Origin: the human T2T-CHM13v2.0 reference genome, Homo sapiens
NCBI RefSeq assembly: GCF_009914755.1
Contig: NC_060931.1
DNA length: 64,000 nt
Direction: 5' to 3' (one strand)
The notes beneath the pieces were generated by a model. It was given only the letters and a program-made list of their open reading frames with translations, ran no database searches and was not told the origin of the DNA. Below are positions 41,520-55,879 of the stretch, piece after piece. The position numbers and the translations under genes are program-made. Within the stretch, counting starts at the first letter, position 1. Each line of letters begins with the position of its first letter.

Positions 41520-42410
41520 TGTATTCATTGCTAAGGCTGCTGTGATAAATTTTCACACATTTAGTGGCTTAAAACAACACAGATTTACTACTATCTTCCA
41601 GGACTGTAGGTCCTGGAAGTCCAGCACAGGTCTCACTGGGCTATCATCCAGGTGTAGGCAGGGATGTGTTTCTCTTTGCAGGATCTAGGGACAAATCTAT
41701 TTTCCTTGCTTTTTCCAGCTTCCAGAGGCTCCCGCATTCCCTGGCTTGCAGCCCTTTCCTTCATCTTCAAAGTCAGCAATCTCATGGCTCCAGCCTCTGC
41801 TTCTGTGTCACATCTCCTTCTTTGAGTCTCCTGCTTCCTTCTTTCACTTAGAAGGACCTTGTGATTACATTGTGCCTATCCAGATAATCTAGATAATTTC
41901 CCATCTCAAGGTCAGCTAATTAGCAGCCTTCATTCTGTCTGCAACCTTAATTCTCCCTTGCCATGTAGCATTGCGTATCACAAATTCTGGGAATTAGGAT
42001 CTGGACATCTGTATTAATCCATTTTCACACTGCAGATAAAGACATTCCCCAGACTGGGCAATTTACAAAAGAAAGAGGTTTAATTGGACTCACAGTTTCA
42101 CGTGGTTGGGGAGGCCTCACAATCATGGCAGAAGGCAAGGAGAAGCAAGTCACATCTTATGTGGATGGCGGCAGGCAAAGAGACAGCTTGTTCAGGGAAA
42201 CTGCCGTTTTTAAAACCATCGGATCTCCTGCGACCTCTCCACTATCATGAGAACGGTTGGGGAAAGACCCACCCCCATGATTCAATCATCTCCCACCAGA
42301 TCCCTCCCATAACACGTGGGAATTATGGGAGCTGCAAGATGAGATTTGGGTGGGGGCACATAGCCAAACCATATCAACATCTTTAGGGAGCTATTTTTCT
42401 GCCTATCACA
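41520..42410 (-). mobile_element. MLT1C/D-like MaLR LTR split by a THE1 insertion
   Basis: ttagtggcttaaaacaacacagattta...cagcttccagaggc...gtgattacattg...ggacatc|THE1|tttagggagctatttttctgcctatcaca. Confidence 0.82.
42010..42376 (-). mobile_element. THE1 (THE1B/C-like) solo LTR with 5-bp TSD
   Basis: Reverse complement starts TGATATGGTTTGGC and ends ...TAATACA; TSD acatc at 42005-42009 and 42377-42381. Confidence 0.92.
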
Positions 42411-42414
42411 GAGG

Positions 42415-42575
42415 GCTTGTTAACTTCTATCTTAGTGTTTTCATCTGTAACATTGGGGATAATAATTGTCTCTACTTCATGGAATTTTTATGAAGATTAA
42501 ATGACTTAATACAGATAAAGCTCTTAAAGCAGTGTCTGGCACATGGAAAACCCTATGTGAATGTTCACCATTACC
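42415..42575 (+). mobile_element. MIR SINE
   Basis: tcatctgtaacattggggataataat...tgaagattaaatga...gtgtctggcacat. Confidence 0.75.
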
Positions 42576-43339
42576 AGAGAATGGACAGATCCTTCCAGAC
42601 TTCTTCCATGATTTCCTTGGCCCTTGTCTCCTTTGCTCTTCAAATCTCCAAGTTGTGTGTTCTCTCCTCATTTCCCTGCAAATCTAGTCTCCCCTCAAAA
42701 CTACATAGGCCTAGCCTGAGATTGGAGGGCAGACATGGATGGGACTTTACTTCTAAGAGATTTCTAGAAGTGAATGCACCCAGCTACTAGCACAGAGGCA
42801 TAGTTTATGACTACTATGGTGAAAGGAAAAACCAGCGTCTGGATGTGTTTGTGCAGTTAAATGGGGTGTCTGGGGGGAAACTGTGGGGGCAGGTGGGTGT
42901 TTGGGGATTGTAGACTGAGTGTGTCTGAAAGACCAGGATTGCTTGCAGTTACCTCTCTTTCTCATTCTCTCATTTCTCATTCTCTCTGCCAAGACAGCTG
43001 CACTTCTCTCTTGCCAGATCCCTTCTCCCCTCAGAAGCTGACAGTCAACAGGACATAAGCTTGCCCACCCCCACTCCCTCTCCAGGCACACAAGCAAAAC
43101 CCACCATTTTTAGTTGCTGTTGTTTTTGCTGTGCAATTGGTCATAGAATTTCAGAGCTACAACATCTCATCCACTCTCCTCCTTTATATTAATACAAAAA
43201 GGAACACTGAAATGCAAGCAGCAGAAGGGGTTTGCAGCAGGTAGAGGTGGAGCATGACCTTGGAATTCAGATGCCAGCGCTCTTGCAGTACAAAGTCCTT
43301 GAGGCTGAGATCACTGGCTAGTCCTCTCGGCGCCTCATG

Positions 43340-43343
<4 letters not shown>

Positions 43344-43391
<48 letters not shown>

Positions 43392-43398
43392 TGTGTGT
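43344..43398. repeat. (TG)22 microsatellite plus imperfect extension
   Basis: Read directly. Confidence 0.96.
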
Positions 43399-44143
43399 AT
43401 ATGTTTTAGGGTATGGAAGGACACGGAGCCAGTGCAGCAGAGAAAACCCCTTCACCAGCAAGCACACCAAGACTCCTGAACCTGGGCCAGTGCGAGTTCT
43501 GGGCCAGCCAAGGCCAGGAGTTTCCATTTCACTTGCCTCCTCCCGCTACTGGCCACCCCTCAGCTCCTCCAACCCCCTCACCCACCACTCCCCCACCCCT
43601 TTCCTCTCCTTCTCAGGCTTGCTCTTTGTGGACTGGCTGTGATCCTGGGAGGAAAGGAGGAGAGAGGGGAGCCCTGCCAGACTGCAAGCAGAGTGCTGAC
43701 AGCCCCTAGGAGTTTAAGATGACCTTTCTTACACGTCATCGCATGTTTTATAGCTCTGAAGAGCAGCAGTCTTTTTGGTGGCTAGTAAGTGCAGTACTAG
43801 ACAACAAGGCAAGTGGTCTGTTGGTAAGAGTTCCTGCCCACGATGCTCTCTACCTGTAAGGAATTAAATTATCTCGGGGATGAAGGTGAACAATATGTAA
43901 GAGAGAAGATGGACAGAAAGACCCAAGGGAAATGAGCAGTAAAAGGGAAGCAGGGTTTAGAATTGAGGGAGACCTGTGAGATTGGGGCAGAAAGGGAAAA
44001 CAGGTCAAACAGGCTCAGAAGGGAAGTGGAGGGGTTTTGCTTTTGAGAAAGGTGCTGTAGGGAGGAGAGACACAGCAGTGGGAGTGAAGGAACCCACAGT
44101 GCAGGAAGAAGGTCTTATTTATATTAGAGTGAGGTCATTGGCA

Positions 44144-44174
<31 letters not shown>

Positions 44175-44465
44175 ATCCATCTGATTCCCTTCCTTCTGGC
44201 TTGACTGGAAGCTGGAAAGGATGGATGGAGAGGGTTGGTGCTGAATTCTGAAACCAGCCCTCGGTAACATGGCCAGCAAATTGCTCTCAGCTTTATGAAA
44301 TTTGTAGTCTTGTCTATAGTTTAGGAATCTAAACCTGAACCGGTTCTCGAAAACATGGCAATGTAATCTTCTCCATTTCCCAACCTCCCTGCCATCTCTC
44401 AGTCCGGTAGCTAGGATGTGTAATTCCTTGCCTCAGGTACTTTTCCAATGCAGAAAGCAAAGCGT

Positions 44466-44641
44466 CAGGGCCACTTCACGGATGTGTGACCACTGCAGTC
44501 CCGTGGACCCCTACACTTAGGAGAGCCTCACCCTTGGTTTAATGCGCTGTTGTCTCCATCTTGGAATTCTTAATACGTTTTGAACAAGAGGCCCCACATT
44601 TTCATTTTGCACCGTGCCTCCAAATTACGTAGCTGCTTCTG
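44466..44641 (+). mobile_element. MER91A-like hAT element
   Basis: cagggcc...cttggtttaatgcgctg...ttttgaacaagaggccccacattttcattttgcac. Confidence 0.75.
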
Positions 44642-45069
44642 CAAAGCATCCCGAAGGAGTCAGTCTTTAGTGAAAGCCTGAGCCACTGGACAGATTACCA
44701 AAGCTGCTTAGACAGTGAGGTGAGGGTGGGAGGGCCTTGGAAAACCGCCAAAGCCAAGAGGAGAGAATGCAGAGACCTGGGGTAGGGCCTGTGGACCATA
44801 GAAGAGCAGTGATGGGCTAACTGACCTATGCATGTGTTACTGTGGTACCCTAAGGAGCTGGCCAGACCCCAGAGGGGATGCCCAGGACCCGGTCGATGAC
44901 TATGACAGAATTTTCTGTTAAATCAGTGGGATAGGAACTCAACGTCAGCATTGAGTTGACTGAATAAAAACAAAATCATTTCTGTTTACATACATGAAAT
45001 TTTCAACTGAGACTGATACTTGCCTCATGAGCAAGCAGAAAGATTTTTTTCCAAATTTACCTATAATAG

Positions 45070-45300
45070 AGGTTCCAGATCAGCAGCCCATAGGCTAGAC
45101 TTGGTCCCCAAGGGTGTGTTTAGGGGGACTGGGTAGTTGTCTAAATCTTTTCACTAATTTCCAACATTTAAGGAATCAGGAGTTTTCACATAAGGAGCAG
45201 ACTCCCAGCTTCTCTTGAATAAATTGGAAACTGAGCATCAGAGGGCCTGCATTCTCAAAGCATGACAATCTAAAGTCCCCCTTTAGAAGACTGTTCTGCT
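45070..45300. mobile_element. MER102-like hAT fragment
   Basis: cagcccataggc...tttccaacatttaaggaatcaggagttttcacataa...cagcttctcttgaa; from recall. Confidence 0.5.
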
Positions 45301-46064
45301 GCCTAGACTGCGCTTTTACCTTCCCAACATCCTGTACCAGGCCCACTTTTCCCCTTCACATTACTGCCTGACCTTTGTAGGCAGTGGGACTTGTAATCAG
45401 GTCCTGAATGTTTCCCAACAATGCCCTTTCACTGCGTAGTACTCCCTGCGGTGGGTCAAAGGGATTCCTGCAGTGTTGCAACCTGAGTAGGAAAAGCGGA
45501 TGCAGCCCCGCAAGGTGACCTGACAGGCCTTTGGGAATGCTCCAGAAGAAAAGGTTCACTTGAATTCAATAAGGAAACCAAGGAATTGCTCAGGTAAGTG
45601 GTTCTCCACAATATGAACATTTGAAATATTGTTAAGTGTTCTGTGTGGGGGTTTTCTCCACGTGATTGGGGGATATCCCATTAAGGAACAGTACCCATGA
45701 ATGGTGGAAACTATGAATGATGCTGGGTTATTTTTTAGTTTCTGAGAAGACACTGGTGGAGGTAGGAAGACATTTCTACACTTGAAGGATAATATTCTGA
45801 CGTTTTCAGGGGCTACTCATTACCTCAGGCCACTATTTGAAGATAGGGTGATATCGGCTGGAATTCTTAGTGTTTTATAAACTTACTTCTTTCCTTTGTA
45901 CAATTTCTCAGAGTGGGCCCTTTGGCAGAATGAGTGAGTGATAGTGTTTAAGCATCATTCCAAGATGAACCAGACTCTTATTTTTATGGAGGCAGAATTT
46001 GCAACCAAATAGTCTGGCTTCAAATATACATTCTTATGTAAGATGTAGTGTGAAGAAAGCCTAG

Positions 46065-46428
<364 letters not shown>

Positions 46429-47239
46429 TGTATTTTCTATTAAATTATATTCACTGTTTGAAGTTTATGGAATGAGGTTGTGTCCCATTCCTACGTTGGT
46501 TTATGCTACAAAATTCTTTATGTTTTTAAAAGTTTCTTTAAATTAATTTTATGACATATTGATAGGAAATCTACTTTTCTGGCGTCTTTATTTGGCAATT
46601 TCTGCCATTGCCTTCTAACAGAAGTAAACATTTATGCTAGCCAACTCATTCCTGGAAAGATTTCACCAATTTTCTTTGACAGAATTCCCAAGCCGTCATA
46701 GTTTTTACACTATCTAATGGAAAACTTTATAAGCTTTTTTTTTCTGGTCACTGAAATATATAGCCTCTGTACCCTAAACCTGCAACCCCTTTCTCCCGCC
46801 CTACCTCAATCCCATTTAGGAAATTCAAATAGGGTGGTTTGGAGAAAGGAAAAAATGTCCTAACGTCCTCCTAAAGGAAAAACAAAAAACCAATCTATTT
46901 TAAAGCAGGATATTAAAAGTGTCTTAACAACTCTGGTTCAAGCCTGGAGTTCTCCTCTGTTTGGAAAACAGCCGGTTGTTTTGACACTGATTATAAAAAG
47001 CACCCTAGTTTAGCATACTTTAAAATGTGGAGAAAATGAACTACTTTTTTAAAGAAACACATTAAAAAATAGTGGACAAAGGAGTATGTAAAAGGGCATT
47101 ATAAGGATGCAATCAGCACCATTTAAATTGTCCAAACTCTACTGGAGTTTAAAGTGCAGAGAACATTTTATTACCTGAAACATGTGAGAACGAGTTGCTA
47201 AAATAGTGCCACAAATCACCCCTGAATATTAAGAAGGTT

Positions 47240-47690
47240 CTCCTCTATAAGCATCATATAATCATCACAATCAGAAAAGCTATCATTGGTACATCACTAC
47301 TTTCTAATCTCCAGACCCCATTTGAATTTTCCAGTTATCTCAATAATGGCACTAATAGCAATAGGATCTAGTCTAGAGTTGTGTTCCAGTTGGTTGTTAT
47401 GTTTCTTTAACCTTCAGTTTGGAATAGTTCCTCAGTCTTTCTTTGACTTTTATGACTGATGCTTTTGAAGACTACAGGCCAATTATTTTATATTTCCTTG
47501 TTTTGGACTTTCCTGGTGTTTCCCTATGATTAGGTTCAGGTTATGCATTTTAACAAGATCATCACTTCTGTGAAGCTGAGCTCTTCATTCTGTCAGATGT
47601 CACATGATCTCAATGTATCCAATTACTAATGATGTTCATGATCATTACCTGATTAAAGGTGTATCTTCCAAGCTCTCGTATAATATAGTT
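47240..47690 (-). mobile_element. L1MC 3' fragment
   Basis: taatctccagacccc...tttggaatagttcctcagtctttc...ttttgaagactacaggcc. Confidence 0.65.
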
Positions 47691-50009
47691 AATTTAGTGT
47701 ATTCTACCTTACAGCCCCACCTAGTCACTCCTTCCAACTGTGGCACCAATGGCGTCATTAAGGCCACTAATTTGGCATTATTTTTATTTGTACAGTTTTG
47801 TATCACATAAGCCTTTTTTATTTAATTATTTAGAACATCTCTCTTTTTTTTTGATATGCAGTATCACTTGTTCCTAATATACACATAGGAACATCATACC
47901 ACTGGTTTTCAACATCTTACTTTTAATATACACATTAATGTGCAGAAAGTTTATTTTTTCAGGTCATTGCAATCTCTTGTGTGGAAGACTGACCAAAGAA
48001 TTTCTTTTATTCTGTATAGAAACAAACTTAAGTATATAGATATGTGTATTTACATATATATACAAAATCAAGTATATACAAATCAAGTTCACACATCTAT
48101 ATATATATGTACCTCAAATTATTTGTCTAAATATTAGGTTGTTGGAAAATTAAATGTAAAGTACAATTTTGATTTTCAAATGAGAAGAAGTTGAAGTTGA
48201 AGGGAAGGTCAGGACGGGGTGAAGTGGGAAAATTATACTGAAGAGGGAGAGCAGTGTCCTCCTCCACCATCAGGAATCATGCCTGCACCTAAGTCTGTGT
48301 GCCAAGAGTGAGAGTGGGTGGGGTGTCCCTGCCTCCTGTCTCCCGACATAGGGAGCCAGCGGGTGAATAAGCTCAGCTCTAAGGGTCATGCAGTAAGAAG
48401 AGCAAGATGAAAGAGAGAGAACTTTGGGAAAGCTGCCTGTGCTCTGTTATTAACTCTTGTGTAATGCTGAGCAATCCTTTTTCTTCTTGGGACCTTAACT
48501 TTCATGCCATGGAAATGAGGAGAGAGGAATCTCTTTCAACACTGCACAATAAAAAATGATAGGTCAGGACTGTAAAATTCTGAGATGAGACAAACAGAAG
48601 CATAAACATCAAGGACACTTTTGTCCCCTTTGGGCTCACAGAACCTCTAACCCATAGACATACCTTCCTGTGTTTCACACATTTCCAAAGATCCCACCAC
48701 ACACATCCTTTGGGACTGCTTTCCAAGGAACTGTCCATCTGTCCCCTTGTCCTTGCAGCCTTTTAAGTTAAATGTGTTATATTTCAGACACTCTTAGGGG
48801 TAACGACACCCTCTTTGCTACTAATGTTGTAGTTCAGATGTGCTTAGTGTGAGATTTACCTTCAGAGAAATGGTGAGGAGACAGACAAACAGCCTGGAGA
48901 TTAAAAAAGTAGGAAAAGAGTGTGAAAAGGAGAACTATTGTTCATAGACATCTCCATCTTTCTTTCTGGGCTTGAGTGGAGGTTAGAGGGGGCCGGAGCT
49001 TTGCTGTGGAGCTTCCCCATGATTCAGTGAGGTTTATTTATAGAAACAGCTTATGGGACTTCTGTGCTTAGGAAATTTGTAGAGCTGTGTGGAAATTACA
49101 AAACCATTCAAAAATAGTGTACTCTTGTTAAAATGTGCTGTATTATTATTATTAATGAAGTTCTTTCTTAGGCATTGGTTCTGATACAGCCTTCTCATTG
49201 AAGTACTGTCAGAGACATTCTGCACCATGGGCGATTACTAGTTCCAACAGATTTCTGAAAATTATCACCAAGTGGCTATCTGGTAAAGTGGCATAGAGGA
49301 GAAGAAAGGAGGTTCTTTTGTATTAAATTAACTAAATAAGTATGATTGTAAAAGCTGCACTGCCTTCTAGGAATGGAAAGAATTAGTCGTGGGCTTGGGC
49401 TTTGCAACTACTTGCCCACAGAGCATCTCTCTCTGTTTCAGGTGGGTGGGGCAAGGAGAAAATATTTCCTTTAGGCAAAGTAGCTAAAAAGCATAAACTA
49501 AATCTGTTCCTTCAATGAGTTTTCAAATCTAAGCAAGAAGAGTAGACTATTGCAGTGACAGAAGGCAGGCAAGTGGATTAGAAAGACTTTGAGAGAGACT
49601 GTGAGTATCAGAAAACCTCCAAACAGCTTCCCTGACAATCCATGTGATTCACTGTGCTCCATGGACCTTCTCTCACCTTAGTGCAAATTAGGGGCTTGGA
49701 TTAGGGGCCGAGGTTGAGGTAGGGTTGATGCCTTTAAATTCCAAACATTATTTGAAGGCCTCTTTCTGTGGCAGGAGACTAAATGAATAGCTAAAGAAGA
49801 AATAAAGGAACAAACCAAAAATTAAGGCCTAATGTTAATTTTTTTCCATTAAGAATTTTAACAGAAAGACAGAAAGATAAAAATAAATATCCCATCATTG
49901 CAAGGTCCAAAGAAAGACAGTCTTAACAGTATTAAATATTTACGTCTTGCTTTTCAAATTTCTATTTTTAAAACACAGCTGCAAATTGTGTTTATTTGTG
50001 CAACAACTT

Positions 50010-52940
50010 AAAAAACATTTTCATTTTGAAATAATGATAGATTTGTAAGAAGTTGCAGAAAAAGGTACAGGGAATTCCTGTGCACCCTTTACTTTGTTTT
50101 CTGTCATGGTAACATCTTGCATAATTATAGTACAATATCACAATCAAAAAATAGATTATCCGAATAATCTACAGAGCTTATTCAGATTTTACCACTTTTA
50201 TATGCATTCATCTGTATGTATGCGTATATAGTTATATGTGACTTTATCATGTGTTTAGATTTGTATACCCATCACAATCTAGATACAGAACTATTCCATT
50301 ACCACAAAGCTCCCTTACGCTACCTCTCTATAGCCACATAGACCCCTAACGACATCTAATTTTTGCACACTTTCTATGTACCAAGCACTGTTCTGGATAC
50401 TAGGAATGCATCACTAAGCAAGTAAAAGTCTCTGCTCTATTGAGAAGAGACAAAAAATAAGCAATTCCAAAAACTGAACATATAATATAATAGGTATTAG
50501 ATGATGAGTTCTATAGATAAAAATACATTTTTGAAATTGGTATTATTTCTTGACAAGCTTATAGATTTAGGCACTAGGCTAAGAATTCAACATGCATAGC
50601 TGTTTTGTTTTTCTTCGCAGAAATCTGATGAGGGAGGTATATTTTCTGCCTTTTGCTTATGAACAAAATAAGGTGTATAAAGATTAAATGATTTAATCTG
50701 AAATCACAAGGCTGCAAGATGAATAAGTAACATACGCAAGTTTATAATGTGTTTTTTAAAACATCCTGGCATAAGCTTTCTTTCATGTTATTAACAGCTC
50801 TTTTAAAATGTTATTTAAATTTCTATGTAATATTTTTTGGTGGATATCCAAGACATGAGCTATGCTAGGCAATGTTTTACAAAGCAATTCCTGTCTTGTG
50901 GATTATAGTAGCGCCTGTAGTGCTGTTTTGTATGTTCCACAGTTACCAGCCTTTCATTTATTCAGGATAGGGCACATGGAATTAGTGCTTGCCAATGGGC
51001 TGTGAGTAAAATTACGTGGTTCGCTTCCGGTCAGAAGCAATTAAGGTATGAGTTTGTCATATTCTCTTCCCCTGCCACAGTGCCTGTAAAAGCCATATAT
51101 TGAGATAGCAGAATTTCACGATGGAGCAAGTATGGATCTCTGATCAGTGGATGAAAGAATGCCCCTTGGCTTGCATTTTTGTGTAAAGAAGAAAGAAACT
51201 TCTGTGTGCAAAGCCATCGTGTTGTTTATTTTCACAGTAGTAGCCTTGAGTTCAGTTTTTGGACTCTTACATATAATATTGCCTTGAAAAATCATTCCGG
51301 ATTAAATATTTCTTATGTTTGAGATTTTCTTGCTATATGACTAGAAGTGGAACTAATGGCTCAAAGCTTCTGAGGCTTACTTCCAAGTTGTTTTCCAAAG
51401 TGTTGTTTCTATTAAAAATGCATTGAGTGTCATTTCTCACTAAACTATCAAGATCATTAATTACTAAGATCGAGATAATATATTCAAGCACATGAAAGAG
51501 ACAAAGAAATATCATTGTTGATTTGATTCATACTCATTTCATTATCAGTGAAGTTGACCTTGTTTTCATGCATTTATTTTTTTAATAGCTTTATTTAGGT
51601 GTAACTGACCTACAATAAACAGCACATATTAACAGTGTAAAACTTGATAAGTTTTGATATCTGTATATGCCAGTGGAAACATTACTACAATCAAGAAAAT
51701 GAACATTTGGAGATGATCTCCAAGACTTTCCCTATGCTCATTTACAATCCCTCTCTTCTACTCATCTCTGACTTAAAAGATGTGGCTCCTCTATCTTTGG
51801 CTTGCGTTGTTTATGATAAGTCAGCTTTCATCATTATTTTTGTAGTTTTGTATGTATATTTTTTCCCTCTGACGATTTTTAAGGTTTTCTCTTTATTACT
51901 CATTTTAAGCAATTTATTATATGTCTTAGTATAGTTTTATGTGTGTGTGTGTGTGTGTGTGTTTGGGGATCACCAAGGTTCTTTGAACTTTGGATTTATA
52001 GTTTTCGTCCAATTTGGTAATTGAGGGGGAATTCTTTCTCCAAATATTTTTCCAATTACATGTAAACTAGGTAGATTAAGTTTCTCATATTTTATATATG
52101 CTCAGTTAGATTTTTGCTCTTTTTTCTCTTTGTATTTCATTTTGAATAGTTCCTATTGCTGTGTCACCAACTTAACTAATTTTTTTTTTACAGTGCATAA
52201 TCCTGCTGTTAATTCCATCCAGTTGTGTTTTTCTCTTAGGAACCGTATTTTTCATGTCTAGAAGTTAGTTTTGGTTCTTTAAAAATATTTTCCATGACTT
52301 TAATCTTTTAAACATATGATTGCAGTTATAATAATTGCTTTGATGTTTTTGAGTGCTAGTTCAAATGCCTGTGCTAGATTTGGGTCTTCTTTTAATCTTA
52401 ATTTTTTTTTAGAGGTGGAATCTCACTATGTTGCTCAGGCTGGAGTGCTGTGGCTACTTCACAGGTGAGATCATACCACACTACATCCTCAAACTCCTGG
52501 GCTCAAACAACCCTCTCACTTCAGCCTACCAAGTGGGTCTTTCTTGACTGATAGTTTCCTTCTTAAAATTGGTCATATTTTCCTGCTCCTTTGTATACAT
52601 GGTTGATAGTCATTGTGAGTTTTTGTCATTTTGCGTGCTGGATATTTTTGTATTCCTCTAAATATTCATGAACTTTGTTCTGGCATTCAGTTAAATTACC
52701 TGGAATTAGTTTGATCCTTTTGGGTCTTGCTTTTCGAATTTGTTAGGTAGGACCAGAGCAGCATTTACCCTAGGGTTAATTATTCACCACTGCTGAGGGA
52801 AGAAGCTCTAAGTACTCTATGCAAAGGGTTATAAATTATCAGGGTTTTTTTTTTTTTTCTGGTCTGATTGATGGGAATAAGCATTGGTACTGGCCCATTG
52901 TAGCGCTGGGTTTTGTTCCTTTTAACCCTTGAAGGTAGTT
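50010..52940 (-). mobile_element. Mosaic of old L1M fragments with L2, MIR, MLT1 and FLAM (52400-52535) pieces
   Basis: ttttgaaataat...agaagttgcagaaa; gcactgttctggatactagg; gtctcactatgttgctcagg-like; internal boundaries uncertain. Confidence 0.55.
51940..51962. repeat. (TG)11 microsatellite
   Basis: Read directly. Confidence 0.9.
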
Positions 52941-54322
52941 ATTTTCTGGTCTCAAGTATTTTATAATGGTGTATAACAGCCAAAACTCTCTTGAAAAAGA
53001 ATTACAAATTCAGAGGATTTGCACTATTTGCATCTAAGCCTTACTATAAGGCTACAGTAATTAAGAAAGTGTGGTGTTTTTAAAAGATCATGATGAAACC
53101 CCGTCTCCACCAGAAATTCAAAAATTAGCCGAGTGTTGTGGCGGTGGCCTTTACCGAGTTTCCATATATCATCATCATCATTATCATCATCATCCAGTAT
53201 TTATAGTTGCAAGCAACAGATGAAAACTTTGGCTAGTTTTAGCAGAAAACACATTTATTAAGGAGTATTAATAGCTCACGTAATCTCTGAGAATAATGCT
53301 TGGAGTTGACTACCGTCAAGAAAAACATTTAAAAAATCATTCTACAGAAGTGATTCTATGAAGGCATTGATGCAGTTTTTTTGGGGGGGAGGCACAGACA
53401 GGGTAGTGTGTGCTGCTGATACCCATGGTACACCGGATAATCCTAGAATTGTTAACACTAGTTATTCAGGAAACTGGACTTGCTACTGCCTCTAGTGTCA
53501 GTCTCACCACATTTAATTCTGGGCAGTTCCTCCCTTTTTGTATCACTAGTCCTTGACTGGCACAAAAACACCTGAGTAATAGAGACCGGGTCACAAACCT
53601 GTGCCCCTACTGCAGAAGATGCTGAGAATATTTTAGCCTCTCCTAAGAGAGGATACCCCAAGCATCAAAGGAAGAAGACGCTGGACAGAAAAACAACATC
53701 ATGACAGATGTTTACATTTCACATCTTTGGCTCCTCCAACATACATACACTTCTTTCTTCTCATGTTAACAATGCCTCCCACTTAAAACGTTCTCATCTG
53801 ACACTGTGCACAGTTGGAACACACTAGCCGTCTTCTCAGATGATGTCAGAGTTTCACCCATCTCCGAGACTGGATGTTTTCAACAAATACCAGGCCTCCT
53901 CTGGAATGTCAAAATCCTGCCTTGATATTCTATAACCTGTGGACCAATCTGAAAAATGTGCTGCTATGAACAAACCCAAATAAAATAGTAAGGGACAGGA
54001 GATGAATGAAGAATTAATAAAACATACCAATATACATGTGACACATCAAGGAGAAAAATTTGTGAAGACGCTATATCCTCATTTCTGTGACTGGCCACGT
54101 GGTCACAGTGTTTGTGACTTTTCTGCTCCACCCATTCCATAATCCCTTTGCCCTCACCCAGCTCCTTAGCTTGTTTGGATTATTCACCCAAGGGGTTATC
54201 CGAATCTTCATTCTGAAGAAGGAATGTTAGAGTGGGCATTAAGTATGTGGAAACTGAATATCATGTACCTCACAGTCAATCTATTAGACTTCTATTTTTC
54301 TCTTTTTTATTTAATAGCCTTG

Positions 54323-54632
<310 letters not shown>

Positions 54633-54948
54633 AGCCTTAAGTTTTTAGGATAGCATTTTACCAGCCAGTGCTAATAAATTAAATTCCTGTGGGCCAGCTT
54701 GAGACTACAGGCACTCCTACTTAGTAGTTGCTTATGAAAGATATTTGGACATATAGGAGGAAGGAAGGAGCTATTGATACAAGGGCAAAATAAGATGAAA
54801 TTCTAACCAAGAAAGCCGTTAAGAAGAAATTTGTTTTTTAAAATCGAGCACCAGAAAATATTTGAGAATAAAAATCGGATTTTCCAATAGGCATGAAGAC
54901 ATCTTTGAAGGTTACCTGTAAAACAAGCCCTCTGGGGACATTTTCTTT

Positions 54949-54981
54949 CACTTGATCTTAGCCAAAAGGCTGAGAAGCAAT
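54949..54981 (-). pseudogene. 3'-truncated U2 snRNA pseudogene (U2 nt ~1-33)
   Basis: Minus strand ATTGCTTCTCAGCCTTTTGGCTAAGATCAAGTG vs U2 ATCGCTTCTCGGCCTTTTGGCTAAGATCAAGTG (two CpG transitions); TSD ggacattt at 54936-54943 and 54982-54989. Confidence 0.93.
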
Positions 54982-55321
54982 GGACATTTGGCTTTCAAAG
55001 ACTGACTTCTCTTTAAATCTCCATAGGCCTTTATGATAATTGGTCGCTATGGATAACATTACTTAATATGTGTAATTTTAGAACATGTATAAATAGTCGT
55101 TTTTTGGTTAATCAAAAATATCTTGATTTGTCTTTCTATTTTCTGCATTGTATAAAGGCGAACAAAGGATTTTAGTATATTCCTAATTTTAAAAATGATG
55201 CATTTGAGTAATTTTTGATACAACAGGTGTTAACAGTGAAAAATATACCCTTTGGAACCTGGATCTGACTACTCTTCTGGCTCTGGAGGCAACAGAACCA
55301 TATGCTGGTCACAGATGAGAG

Positions 55322-55503
55322 CAGTTTCTCAACCCTGGCACTATTGGCATTTTGAGTCATACAGTACTGTGTTGTGGGGGACTGTCCTGTGCAATGTAGA
55401 GGGTTTAGCAGCATCCCTGGCCTCTATTCATTAGACAACCGGAAATTTCTCCAGACACCGCCAAATGTCCACAGCTGGGCATTTGCCCCAATCGAGAACC
55501 ACT
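55322..55503 (+). mobile_element. MER20 hAT element
   Basis: cagtttctcaaccctggcactattggcattttg...gtttagcagcatccctggcctcta...gagaaccact. Confidence 0.87.
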
Positions 55504-55879
55504 CAGCGAGAGCATATACAACAAAGCAACCTCACAAAATATTGTTTTGTAGTTGGAGTCATATTCATTCTTCAATAAGTTATTATACTTGGATAATGGA
55601 TTACCTTATGAAATTTGTGGACCCTTAAGCATTAGACTAATTACTTTAAAAAAATTCTCAACAATATAGGGAAAATTTTGAGTTTTCAGTTCTTACTAGG
55701 AGTGCTTGGAAGCACTTCCGACGTGTTAACTCATTTAGCACTGAGTGCCGCCCTTTGGGGAAGGCACTTTTATTCCTGAGGCACAAATAGGTTAAGAAAC
55801 TTCCTTAATGCGAAATTGTTAGTAGGGGATAGAGCCAAGATTTTGAAAATTGGTTTTTAGATTTGTTTATTATTATTTT

